Shown here: positions 23,970 to 36,691 of the stretch, piece by piece
Numbering within the stretch: the first letter of the stretch is position 1
Layout: each line of letters begins with the position of its first letter
Made by a program: the position numbers and the translations under genes
The notes under the pieces: model-generated
Database searches by the model: none
What the model was told of the DNA's origin: nothing
What the model saw: only the letters and a program-made list of their open reading frames with translations
NCBI GenBank assembly: GCA_046563655.1
Contig: CM102286.1
Location: 9,796,001-9,860,000 of the forward strand
Direction of reading: 5' to 3'
Length of the DNA stretch: 64,000 bases
DNA from: Yuukianura sp. NJ FZ-2021
Taxonomy: Eukaryota

Positions 23970-25577
23970 ATTATGGAGAATATTAGGAAAAGACAAGGTT
24001 TGTAAATAAGAGGTTACGTCCTACCTCATGCTTTTTTAAATTTTACTAAAAAAGGTTCAGTTGCATTTCTGGGTATCGTAACCATGACATTATAAATAAT
24101 TTTTGCACATTTTACATACGAAATTGGTGCCAAAAATTTTCGTTTTTTAAGTTGGTAACGATGGTACTCAGTTTTTTGTTATTTTCATTTTTTTTTCATA
24201 CACAACGGAAGTAGTACGTAACTTCCTATTAGAGAAGACGACATGAAGACCGAGAACCGAGAACGAGACGACACGACGAGAAGACCTAATGCCGGTTGGA
24301 GAATTAGGACATTTCGAAATTTAGAGGACCTTTGACCTATATCTTAAAACATTGGTACGTCAAGCTAAGTATTTACAAAACTACCTCGTGCCGACCTTGT
24401 GATAAACTCAGCTTATAAAACTTAGATAAAGCAAACACATATTTTCATCGCAAAAACAAAAACTAGGAGTATTCATCCGGATGTCCTCTAAGACAAAATT
24501 TTCGAGATAAGTCTGTGCTCCACCATTCTCATGTAACACCATTTTCAAGAAAAATCACTCTTTGCTTTTTGGCGGCATACGCCATTATTATAACCATTCT
24601 AAGGCAGGTTTTAATAAAAAGCATTTAATGAAATCAATTTGAGTTTCGAACAAGCGATTTGGTATTATTGCAAGGAATGAAAAGTTTCCTGGGAATTCAA
24701 GTTTATGAGAGCATTAGTACTGTGAATATCTTTACACATTTAACAAGGTACAGCTCGTTTTCATCACCTTTTGAGTGCCCGTGAGTTCGTAATAAGATTC
24801 AGTTTTCTTAAAACCTTAGTTTCGGAAATGCTAATTAATATTATAAAGAACATACCAACAAGACATTTTTTTATTAGAAAGTGACTACATAGGAATTCTG
24901 AAAAATGATTTACATTAAAAAAAATTCCTCAGGGAAATTACGTAGTTTGACTAAAACGGAAGATATTCCACTGCCAGTACATTTGGCCGTTTCTAACTCT
25001 TTAAATATCCAAAGAATATTGTCTAAAAAAAAGCATTAGAGCTCTCTATGTCGAAGACATTAGACCAGTACTCTGATGCATAAAAATAGCTGGTAAGTTT
25101 GGAATTCATGTGGAGATGTTCAAGCTCCGGTGCCAGAAACGAAACGAAACTGGTTCCAAACTAATTCAAGGGTGATGAGTCCGAATCAGAAATCGGTTTT
25201 TACAAAACCATACACTTAACTTAACCCAAAGTATATAGAAAACTACAGGTTAGCCCCTCCCTCTACTACGCAGTTAGATTTGTCTTTTGTTCAATTTTGC
25301 TCTGTTAGCTCCAAGTCGATCTTAGCACGTTGTCTCGATAAGTACCATGCTTTTCAGTCTGCTAAGAACTCGAGCTAACCTATCATTAACAATTAATTGT
25401 TCCTATTTAACTTTCCTTAATTAAACTTTGGGTTAAAAGCCCTGATCAATCTGAACTTTCAGATTCTAGTTTTGCCTCAAATTTATTCCTAAAAAGTTCA
25501 GTGTGAAAGTTACTGAACACGGATAACACTTCTTTGGAGAACTTCTTCTGTCTTTTCCTATTGGTCGTAAATTCAGA

Positions 25578-26318
25578 TTAGCACTCATGCACTTGATTTC
25601 GGTTTTCAGCACTTTGATAGCATGATATTTTGCATGGTGTTGACGCTTTAAAAATCAAGCTTGATTTGTGAGGCGTTTGATCTGTGTTTCCAATCCTGAG
25701 AAAAAAAAATAACGAATTCGAAAGTAAAAGTAACTGCCACATTCGGATCAGCGATGTACCTGTAGCCCACTGAGTCTGCGATGCTTTGGAGGGATTCTCA
25801 AATTCAGTTTGACACACAACAGTTGCGTTCACTTGCAATGGATCTTGCTCTTCGCATAAAATTTGCGGAGATTCCACAACAATTAAATAATTTAGATTCA
25901 ATTTAATCCATTCAAACGTACATTTTGATAATGCAATTACATTACTGGACGCTGCAAGTATTTCATCGACAAGTTCACGCCTTTTCCTTTTTTTCGGCTC
26001 TCTCAGCGCTGCGTGCGTCATTGACTTTCCTTTTGTGACATTTGTGTAGCATTGGACGGCATCTGGTTTCAGTTTTTTGCGTGATGGAATGCCCAACAAT
26101 TCGCCTTTCAAGTATCGTTCCTAGTCTTCGGCACAGAAATGTTCATAACAAACAATACTGGACGAAATCTTGATCTTGTGAACACGCTTGCATTGGCGAA
26201 TCCACTTCTTGCAAATGGAGGCGTTTACGGTTAGGTGAGATGGTACGAAATTGCATTGGGAGTTCCATACTGAGTATGAACTATTTTCACAATCAGCAAC
26301 TGCACAATACAAAGGCAT
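25578..26318 (-). pseudogene. THAP zinc-finger pseudogene, probably transposon-derived
   Basis: MPLYCAVADC...KKWIRQCKR...IVCYEHFCAED*ERYL...KKLKPDAV is a C2CH THAP signature with an in-frame stop; downstream sequence is degraded. Confidence 0.7.
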
Positions 26319-27348
26319 TTTGTAACCTAAACTAACTGTGTACTTACTATTCGAAAGAACTGAGATTGTAAACTATGTTCTACAATAACCGATTGAAATA
26401 GAACTTTTGAAGTGGAACGTAAATCGTTGCGGGTATTTTGCTATCTACGGTTTTTCCAATGAGAAATGATCGCTGGCTTGACCCTGACTCTATCTTTGGA
26501 ATACAAAAAAAATTCTAATCCTAACCTAACGAGTGACGTCACTGGCAAAATTAACAAAAATGGCGTTTGGTTGCTAAGAAAGCTGAACGCAGGTGGCTGA
26601 ACCTAACCTAACCTAAACTAACATAAACCTAAATCCAATTGCAGATTTGTTTTCATCACCCTCGAATTAGCATAGAAAATGAATTTCATGCGAATCGGAG
26701 AGAATGTTTTTCTTTCAAAATGTTGAAAAATAAAATTTTTGAAAAAAAAGTTTTTTTTTCGCGGTTAGATTTTTAGTTACAACTCCTAACTTACGATCAA
26801 GTTCCAACACATCGTAAAAACACAAAAACAGAAAAGCTTTTTTCACAAATAACCCAGGATACTTGACTTCTACGCAACCATGTTGTGTTTCAATACGATT
26901 CGTGACACACAGCTCAACGACACCTGATTGGCGGATTAAATTTAAAATTTCGACTTTGAAGATTAGAGTAGTATTTTTCAGTATAAAATAACCGGCTTTA
27001 TTTCAGTAAATTATTTATAACAGTATGTTTTAAACAGACTGGGCGAGTAAAATTCGGTACCAAATGTTATTGACGTGATGAGAAGCATTTGCAACGATAT
27101 TCTTCATATGCTTGACTGGTCGAACGGGTCCAATTTCGGTTAAATTTTTTAAAGTTTGATTGCAAAAACTGGGGGCTTTGTGTTCAAGCGCAAATGAGAA
27201 CAGTCATTTCCTAAGGACAATTACATCAAATTTGCGTTTACTGAAATAAGGTTGGCAGTGAAACAAAGAAACTTCCGAATTGTGTTGTTATGCGTACGTT
27301 TCGCTTAGCTCTGACATCAAGCTTGTCATTTCTCACCACAAAACAATG

Positions 27349-28493
27349 GTTTACATTTCGTTTATCTACAAAAGTCCTGGCTCAAATTCTTGAGCCATAC
27401 AAGAAGGTAAATATGGTGCGTCAAGAATCCGTTGTAAATTATAAATGGTAATAACGTCAAATTGTAAAAACCACGTACTCACGGCCTTCCTAAATCATTG
27501 TGGGAGAAAGTAATGCCAAATATAATGTATTCGACCCGGATGTCATAATTGATTTATAAAATTGTTTTACTCAGCATGTCGTAAACTGGGTTCTGATGAA
27601 CATGAAACTAGTAATTCAGCGTTCCCGGCTTGCCTACATCCTGGAAGATAGCCGCACCTTAAATCTAATACTTACACATTTGAGTTCACATGCTGGCATT
27701 CATTTACTGCAAAGGTTTCAGTCGTATTAATTCAAAGAAAATTACGACTAACCTTCGAATGCTGAATCAAAGCACTACGTGCATTGTGTGTGATATATAT
27801 GCCGTACCCGAACGTTGTCCTTCACATTTCTAACAAGCATAAGGAAGCATACCTGCAATCGTTTACATTCCGTTTATCTACAAAAGTCCTGGCTCAAATT
27901 CTTGAGCCATACAAGAAGGTAAATATGGTGCGTCAAGAAACCGTTGTAAATTATAAAAGGTAATAATGTCAAATCGTAAAAACCACGTACTCACGGCCTT
28001 CCTAAATCATTGTGGGAGAAAGTAATGCCAAATATAATGTATTCGACCCGGATGTCATAATTGATTTATAAAATTGTTTTACTCAGCATGTCGTAAACTG
28101 GGTTCTGATGAACATGAAACTAGTAATTCAGCGTTCCCGGCTTGCCTACATCCTGGAAGATAGCCGCACCTTAAATCTAATACTTACACATTTGAGTTCA
28201 CATGCTGGCATTCATTTACTGCAAAGGTTTCAGTCGTATTAATTCAAAGAAAATTACGACTAACCTTCGAATGCTGAATCAAAGCATTACGTGCATTGTG
28301 TGTGATATATATGCCGTACCCGAACGTTGTCCTTCACATTTCTAACAAGCATAAGGAAGCATACCTGCAATCGTTTACATTCCGTTTATCTACAAAAGTC
28401 CTGGCTCAAATTCTTGAGCCATACAAGAAGGTAAATATGGTGCGTCAAGAAACCGTTGTAAATTATAAAAGGTAATAATGTCAAATTGTGAAA
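27349..28493. repeat. 512-bp tandem repeat, left arm (~2.2 units)
   Basis: tttatctacaaaagtcctgg at 27361, 27873, 28385. Confidence 0.95.
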
Positions 28494-31400
28494 ACATTTT
28501 GAGGGCAAGTGAAGCGGTCGATGTTCTTGGCGATAATGAAACGGCTTCATGGGTTTTCTCTTTGATTAAAATTCTGAAAAATTTTCCTCCGTTTTAAGAA
28601 ATCAAAACAAATGCTTGATTGTCAATTCACGAGACACGTGAGGTTGATTCTGTGCATTTAGCGTTGCTTGACCGCCACATTTTGAGGGCAAGTGAAGCGG
28701 TCGCTGTTCTTGGCGATAGTGAAACGGCTTCATGGGTTTTCTCTTTGATTAAAATTCTGAAAAATTTTCCTCCGTTTTAAAAAATCAAAACAAATGCTTA
28801 ATTGTCAATTCACGAGACACGTGAGGTTGATTCTGTGCATTTAGCGTTGCTTGACCGCCACATTTTGAGGGCAAGTGAAGCGGTCGCTGGTCTTGGCGAT
28901 ATTGAAACGGCTTTATGGGTTTTCTCTTTGATTAAAATTCTGAAAAATTTTCCTCCGTTTTAAAAAATCAAAACAAATGCTTAATTGTCAATTCACGAGA
29001 CACGTGAGGTTGATTCTGTGCATTTAGCGTTGCTTGACCGCCACATTTTGAGGGCAAGTGAAGCGGTCGCTGGTCTTGGCGATATTGAAACGGCTTTATG
29101 GGTTTTCTCTTTGATTAAAATTCTGAAAAATTTTCCTCCGTTGTAAGAAATCTAAACAAATGCTTGATTGTCAATTCACGAGACACGTGAGGTTGATTCT
29201 GTGCATCTAGCGTTGCTTGACCGCCACATTTTGAGGGCAAGTGAAGCGGTCGGTGTTCTTGGCGATAGTGAAACGGCTTCATGGGTTTTCTCTTTGATTA
29301 AAATTCTGAAAAATTTTCCTCCGTTTTAAGAAATCTAAACAAATGCTTGATTGTCAATTCACGAGACACGTGAGGTTGATTCTGTGCATTTAGCGTTGCT
29401 TGACCGCCACATTTTGAGGGCAAGTGAAGCGGTCGGTGTTCTTGGCGATAGTGAAACGGCTTCATGGGTTTTCTCTTTGATTAAAATTCTGAAAAATTTT
29501 CCTCCGTTTTAAGAAATCTAAACAAATGCTTGATTGTCAATTCACGAGACACGTGAGGTTGATTCTGTGCATTTAGCGTTGCTTGACTGCCACATTTTGA
29601 GGGCAAGTGAAGCGGTCGCTGTTCTTGGCGATAGTGAAACGGCTTCATGGGTTTTCTCTTGGATTAAAATTCTGAAAAATTTTCCTCCGTTTTAAGAAAT
29701 CAAAACAAATGCTTAATTGTCAATTCACGAGACACGTGAGGTTGATTCTGTGCATTTAGCGTTGCTTGACCGCCACATTTTGAGGGCAAGTGAAGCGGTC
29801 GCTGTTCTTGGCGATAGTGAAACGGCTTCATGGGTTTTCTCTTTGATTAAAATTCTGAAAAATTTTCCTCCGTTTTAAAAAATCAAAACAAATGCTTAAT
29901 TGTCAATTCACGAGACACGTGAGGTTGATTCTGTGCATTTAGCGTTGCTTGACCGCCACATTTTGAGGGCAAGTGAAGCGGTCGCTGGTCTTGGCGATAT
30001 TGAAACGGCTTTATGGGTTTTCTCTTTGATTAAAATTCTGAAAAATTTTCCTCCGTTTTAAGAAATCAAAACAAATGCTTAATTGTCAATTCACGAGACA
30101 CGTGAGTTTGATTCTGTGCATTTAGCGTTGCTTGACCGCCACATTTTGAGGGCAAGTGAAGCGGTCGATGTTCTTGGCGATAGTGAAACGGCTTCATGGG
30201 TTTTCTCTTTGATTAAAATTCTGAAAAATTTTCCTCCGTTTTAAAAAAATCAAAACAAATGCTTAATTGTCAATTCACGAGACACGTGAGTTTGATTCTG
30301 TGCATTTAGCGTTGCTTGACCGCCACATTTTGAGGGCAAGTGAAGCGGTCGATGTTCTTGGCGATAGTGAAACGGCTTCATGGGTTTTCTCTTTGATTAA
30401 AATTCTGAAAAATTTTCCTCCGTTTTAAGAAATCTAAACAAATGCTTGATTGTCAATTCACGAGACACGTGAGGTTGATTCTGTGCATTTAGCGTTGCTT
30501 GACTGCCACATTTTGAGGGCAAGTGAAGCGGTCGCTGTTCTTGGCGATAGTGAAACGGCTTCATGGGTTTTCTCTTGGATTAAAATTCTGAAAAATTTTC
30601 CTCCGTTTTAAGAAATCAAAACAAATGCTTAATTGTCAATTCATGAGACACGTGAGGTTGATTCTGTGCATTTAGCGTTGCTTGACCGCCACATTTTGAG
30701 GGCAAGTGAAGCGGTCGCTGTTCTTGGCGATAGTGAAACGGCTTCATGGGTTTTCTCTTTGATTAAAATTCTGAAAAATTTTCCTCCGTTTTAAAAAATC
30801 AAAACAAATGCTTAATTGTCAATTCACGAGACACGTGAGTTTGATTCTGTGCATTTAGCGTTGCTTGACCGCCACATTTTGAGGGCAAGTGAAGCGGTCG
30901 ATGTTCTTGGCGATAGTGAAACGGCTTCATGGGTTTTCTCTTTGATTAAAATTCTGAAAAATTTTCCTCCGTTTTAAGAAATCAAAACAAATGCTTAATT
31001 GTCAATTCACGAGACACGTGAGGTTGATTCTGTGCATTTAGCGTTGCTTGACCGCCACATTTTGAGGGCAAGTGAAGCGGTCGCTGTTCTTGGCGATAGT
31101 GAAACGGCTTCATGGGTTTTCTCTTTGATTAAAATTCTGAAAAATTTTCCTCCATTTTAAGAAATCAAAACAAATGCTTAATTGTCAATTCACGAGACAC
31201 GTGAGGTTGATTCTGTGCATTTAGCGTTGCTTGACCGCCACATTTTGAGGGCAAGTGAAGCGGTCGCTGGTCTTGGCGATATTGAAACGGCTTCATGGGT
31301 TTTCTCTTTGATTAAAATTCTGAAAAATTTTCCTCCGTTTTAAGAAATCAAAACAAATGCTTAATTGTCAATTCACGAGACACGTGAGGTTGATTCTGTG

Positions 31401-32260
31401 CATTTAGCGTTGCTTGACCGCCACATTTTGAGGGCAAGTGAAGCGGTCGCTGTTCTTGGCGATAGTGAAACGGCTTCATGGGTTTTCTCTTTGATTAAAA
31501 TTCTGAAAAATTTTCCTCCGTTTTAAAAAATCAAAACAAATGCTTAATTGTCAATTCACGAGACACGTGAGGTTGATTCTGTGCATTTAGCGTTGCTTGA
31601 CCGCCACATTTTGAGGGCAAGTGAAGCGGTCGCTGGTCTTGGCGATATTGAAACGGCTTCATGGGTTTTCTCTTTGATTAAAATTCTGAAAAATTTTCCT
31701 CCGTTTTAAAAAATCAAAACAAATGCTTAATTGTCAATTCACGAGACACGTGAGGTTGATTCTGTGCATTTAGCGTTGCTTGACCGCCACATTTTGAGGG
31801 CAAGTGAAGCGGTCGCTGGTCTTGGCGATATTGAAACGGCTTCATGGGTTTTCTCTTTGATTAAAATTCTGAAAAATTTTCCTCCGTTTTAAGAAATCAA
31901 AACAAATGCTTAATTGTCAATTCACGAGACACGTGAGGTTGATTCTGTGCATTTAGCGTTGCTTGACCGCCACATTTTGAGGGCAAGTGAAGCGGTCGCT
32001 GTTCTTGGCGATAGTGAAACGGCTTCATGGGTTTTCTCTTTGATTAAAATTCTGAAAAATTTTCCTCCGTTTTAAAAAATCAAAACAAATGCTTAATTGT
32101 CAATTCACGAGACACGTGAGGTTGATTCTGTGCATTTAGCGTTGCTTGACCGCCACATTTTGAGGGCAAGTGAAGCGGTCGCTGTTCTTGGCGATAGTGA
32201 AACGGCTTCATGGGTTTTCTCTTTGATTAAAATTCTGAAAAATTTTCCTCCGTTTTAAAA

Positions 32261-33285
32261 CAAGGTAGGGCAATGCTCAAGGGTTGAGCATAGGTCTTCT
32301 GGAGGGAGTTGACAATTGATGCGACATTGAGACCGGCCTACCGCAAAACTCTGGACGAACTGAGAAACCGTTTTCATGGTATTGATGCTCTGAAAGGTCG
32401 CTAAAACTTTTCAGTGCGAATGTGAGATCCTATTTTGTGCTGAGTTGCACTAAAAATGTCTTGGCAATTTTTCAGTTTAATTGCACCAAAAGCATGTTTC
32501 AGTTTTGAGGCCCACAATATCTGCACTGAATTGATGTTGTTAATTTGCTGAGCAAGATACACACAATGTATCATCGACGTTGTCATGGCAATGTATTATT
32601 AACGATCAGCGTTAATATAACTGTATCAAAATGTTGTTCAAATTGGGCTCAGATTTCACTCTAGCATGCACAAACTTTCAGTTGTGTGCATCATGCACAA
32701 AATTGAACGTTGGCTGTTGGGGCCGAATGTCGATTCCTAAAGATCAAAATTGGTTCATGTAAATGCACACAATTCAACGTTTATGTATCCCTGTTGGTCA
32801 TAAATGTGCAACATGCACAGAAATGAACGCTGGGGTGAGAGGTCGAATATCGCTTATTAAAATCAAAATTTCTAGTAAATGCAAATTTGACCGATGCTAT
32901 GCACTATTCACATATTAAACATTTAAGCCGGCTTTTCTACCCTTTGATCAGTCTTAATTTAACAATGTAATTAAACATACTGCCAGAAAATGACCAGATC
33001 AAAAAGCCGTTCTTTAAAAATATTTTGAGTGCAATGTAGAGGTGTCAAAAAAATTTAAGTAAGAAGAGTCGGCAATGGAAAGTAGCCGCTAATTTTCACG
33101 TTGTTAATATAACACTTTTAGTGGAATGTAGACCTACTAAAAACGCTTGAGCCATACATAACCCCCCGTCAATAATGGGGCTAATGTTTCAGTGCAAAAA
33201 GTCCTAAAAAGTGTGACACACGGACAGACAAAGTCGTATCAATAGTCTTCTTCAGCACGTCGTAGACGTGCGTCTCCAGAAGACT
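32261..33285 (-). mobile_element. HINE family A in satellite (1 of 4)
   Basis: Full termini; inserted in the monomer A-run ttttaaaa|aaaatc. Confidence 0.9.
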
Positions 33286-35667
33286 AAAATCAAAACAAAT
33301 GCTTAATTGTCAATTCACGAGACACGTGAGTTTGATTCTGTGCATTTAGCGTTGCTTGACCGCCACATTTTGAGGGCAAGTGAAGCGGTCGATGTTCTTG
33401 GCGATAGTGAAACGGCTTCATGGGTTTTCTCTTTGATTAAAATTCTGAAAAATTTTCCTCCGTTTTAAGAAATCAAAACAAATGCTTAATTGTCAATTCA
33501 CGAGACACGTGAGGTTGATTCTGTGCATTTAGCGTTGCTTGACCGCCACATTTTGAGGGCAAGTGAAGCGGTCGCTGTTCTTGGCGATAGTGAAACGGCT
33601 TCATTGGTTTTCTCTTTGATTAAAATTCTGAAAAATTTTCCTCCGTTTTAAAAAATCAAAACAAATGCTTAATTGTCAATTCACGAGACACGTGAGGTTG
33701 ATTCTGTGCATTTAGCTTTGCTTGACCGCCACATTTTGAGGGCAAGTGAAGCGGTCGCTGGTCTTGGCGATATTGAAACGGCTTCATGGGTTTTCTCTTT
33801 GACTAAAATTCTGAAAAATTTTCCTCAGTTTTAAGAAATCAAAACAAATGCTTAATTGTCAATTCACGAGACACGTGAGGTTGATTCTGTGGATTTACCG
33901 TTGCTTGACCGCCACATTTTGAGGGCAAGTGAAGCGGTCGCTGTTCTTGGCGATAGTGAAACGGCTTCATGAGTTTTCTCTTTGATTAAAATTCTGAAAA
34001 ATTTTCCTCCGTTTTAAGAAATCAAAACAAATGCTTAATTGTCAATTCACGAGACACGTGAGGTTGATTCTCTGCATTTAGCGTTGCTTGACCGCCACAT
34101 TTTGAGGGCAAGTGAAGCGGTCGCTGTTCTTGGCGATAGTGAAACGGCTTCATTGGGTTTTCTCTTTGATTAAAATTCTGAAAAATTTTCCTCCGTTTTA
34201 AAAAATCAAAACAAATGCTTAATTGTCAATTCACGAGACACGTGAGGTTGATTCTGTGCATTTAGCTTTGCTTGACCGCCACATTTTGAGGGCAAGTGAA
34301 GCGGTCGCTGGTCTTGGCGATATTGAAACGGCTTCATGGGTTTTCTCTTTGATTAAAATTCTGAAAAATTTTCCTCCGTTTTAAGAAATCAAAACAAATG
34401 CTTAATTGTCAATTCACGAGACACGTGAGGTTGATTCTGTGGATTTACCGTTGCTTGACCGCCACATTTTGAGGGCAAGTGAAGCGGTCGCTGTTCTTGG
34501 CGATAGTGAAACGGCTTCATGAGTTTTCTCTTTGATTAAAATTCTGAAAAATTTTCCTCCGTTTTAAGAAATCAAAACAAATGCTTAATTGTCAATTCAC
34601 GAGACACGTGAGGTTGATTCTCTGCATTTAGCGTTGCTTGACCGCCACATTTTGAGTGCAAGTGAAGCGGTCGGTGTTCTTGGCGATAGTGAAACGGCTT
34701 CATGGGTTTTCTCTTTGATTAAAATTCTGAAAATTTTTCCTCCGTTTTAAGAAATCAAAACAAATGCTTAATTGTCAATTGACGAGACACGTGGACTTGA
34801 TGCTGTGCATTTAGCGTTGCTTGACCACCACATTTTGAGGGCAAGTGAAGCGGTCGATGTTCTTGGCGATAGTGAAACGGCTTCATGGGTTTTCTCTTTG
34901 ACTAAAATTCTGAAAAATTTTCCTCCGTTTTAAGAAATCAAAACAAATGCTTAATTGTCAATTCACGAGACACGTGAGGTTGATTCTGTGCATTTCGCGT
35001 TGCTTGACCGCCACATTTTGAGGGCAAGTGAAGCGGTCGCTGTTCTTGGCGATAGTGAAACGGCTTCATGGGTTTTCTCTTTGATTAAAATTCTGAAAAA
35101 TTTTCCTCCGTTTTAAGAAATCAAAACAAATGCTTAATTGTCAATTCACGAGACACGTGAGGTTGATTCTGTGCATTTAGCGTTGCTTGACCGCCACATT
35201 TTGAGGGCAAGTGAAGCGGTCGCTGGTCTTGGCGATATTGAAACGGCTTCATGGGTTTTCTCTTTGATTAAAATTCTGAAAAATTTTCCTCCGTTTTAAG
35301 AAATCAAAACAAATGCTTAATTGTCAATTCACGAGACACGTGAGGTTGATTCTGTGCATTTAGCGTTGCTTGACCGCCACATTTTGAGGGCAAGTGAAGC
35401 GGTCGCTGTTCTTGGCGATAGTGAAACGGCTTCATGGGTTTTCTCTTTGATTAAAATTCTGAAAAATTTTCCTCCGTTTTAAAAAATCAAAACAAATGCT
35501 TAATTGTCAATTCACGAGACACGTGAGGTTGATTCTGTGCATTTAGCGTTGCTTGACCGCCACATTTTGAGGGCAAGTGAAGCGGTCGATGTTCTTGGCG
35601 ATAGTGAAACGGCTTCATGGGTTTTCTCTTTGATTAAAATTCTGAAAAATTTTCCGCCGTTTTAAAA

Positions 35668-36691
35668 CGAGGTAGGGCAATGCTCAAGGGTTGAGCATAG
35701 GTCTTCTGGAGGAGTTGACAATTGATGCGACATTGAGACCGGCCTACCGCAAAACTCTGGACGAACTGAGAAACCGTTCTCATGGTATTGATGCTCTGAA
35801 AGGTCGCTAAAACTTTTCAGTGCGAATGTGAGATCCTATTTTGTGCTGAGTTGCACTAAAAATGTCTTGGCAATTTTTCAGTTTAATTGCACCAAAAGCA
35901 TGTTTCAGTTTTGAGGCCCACAATATCTGCACTGAATTGATGTTGTTAATTTGCTGAGCAAGATACACACAATGTATCATCGACGTTGTCATGGCAATGT
36001 ATTATTAACGATCAGCGTTAATATAACTGTATCAAAATGTTGTTCAAATTGGGCTCAGATTTCACTCTAGCATGCACAAACTTTCAGTTGTGTGCATCAT
36101 GCACAAAATTGAACGTTGGCTGTTGGGGCCGAATGTCGATTCCTAAAGATCAAAATTGGTTCATGTAAATGCACACAATTCAACGTTTATGTATCCCTGT
36201 TGGTCATAAATGTGCAACATGCACAGAAATGAACGCTGGGGTGAGAGGTCGAATATCGCTTATTAAAATCAAAATTTCTAGTAAATGCAAATTTGACCGA
36301 TGCTATGCACTATTCACATATTAAACATTTAAGCCGGCTTTTCTACCCTTTGATCAGTCTTAATTTAACAATGTAATTAAACATACTGCCAGAAAATGAC
36401 CAGATCAAAAAGCCGTTCTTTAAAAATATTTTGAGTGCAATGTAGAGGTGTCAAAAAAATTTAAGTAAGAAGAGTCGGCAATGGAAAGTAGCCGCTAATT
36501 TTCACGTTGTTAATATAACACTTTTAGTGGAATGTAGACCTACTAAAAACGCTTGAGCCATACATAACCCCCCGTCAATAATGGGGCTAATGTTTCAGTG
36601 CAAAAAGTCCTAAAAAGTGTGACACACGGACAGACAAAGTCGTATCAATAGTCTTCTTCAGCACGTCGTAGACGTGCGTCTCCAGAAGACT
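35668..36691 (-). mobile_element. HINE family A in satellite (2 of 4)
   Basis: Near-identical to copy 1, same site. Confidence 0.9.

Noticed and set aside
27349..28493. Micro-exon gene in the 512-bp repeat (minus-strand GTGAGT, GTAAGT, GTATG donors and YAG acceptors)
   Set aside because: The obvious joins give stops and one intron would be only 35 nt; unsupported without RNA data.
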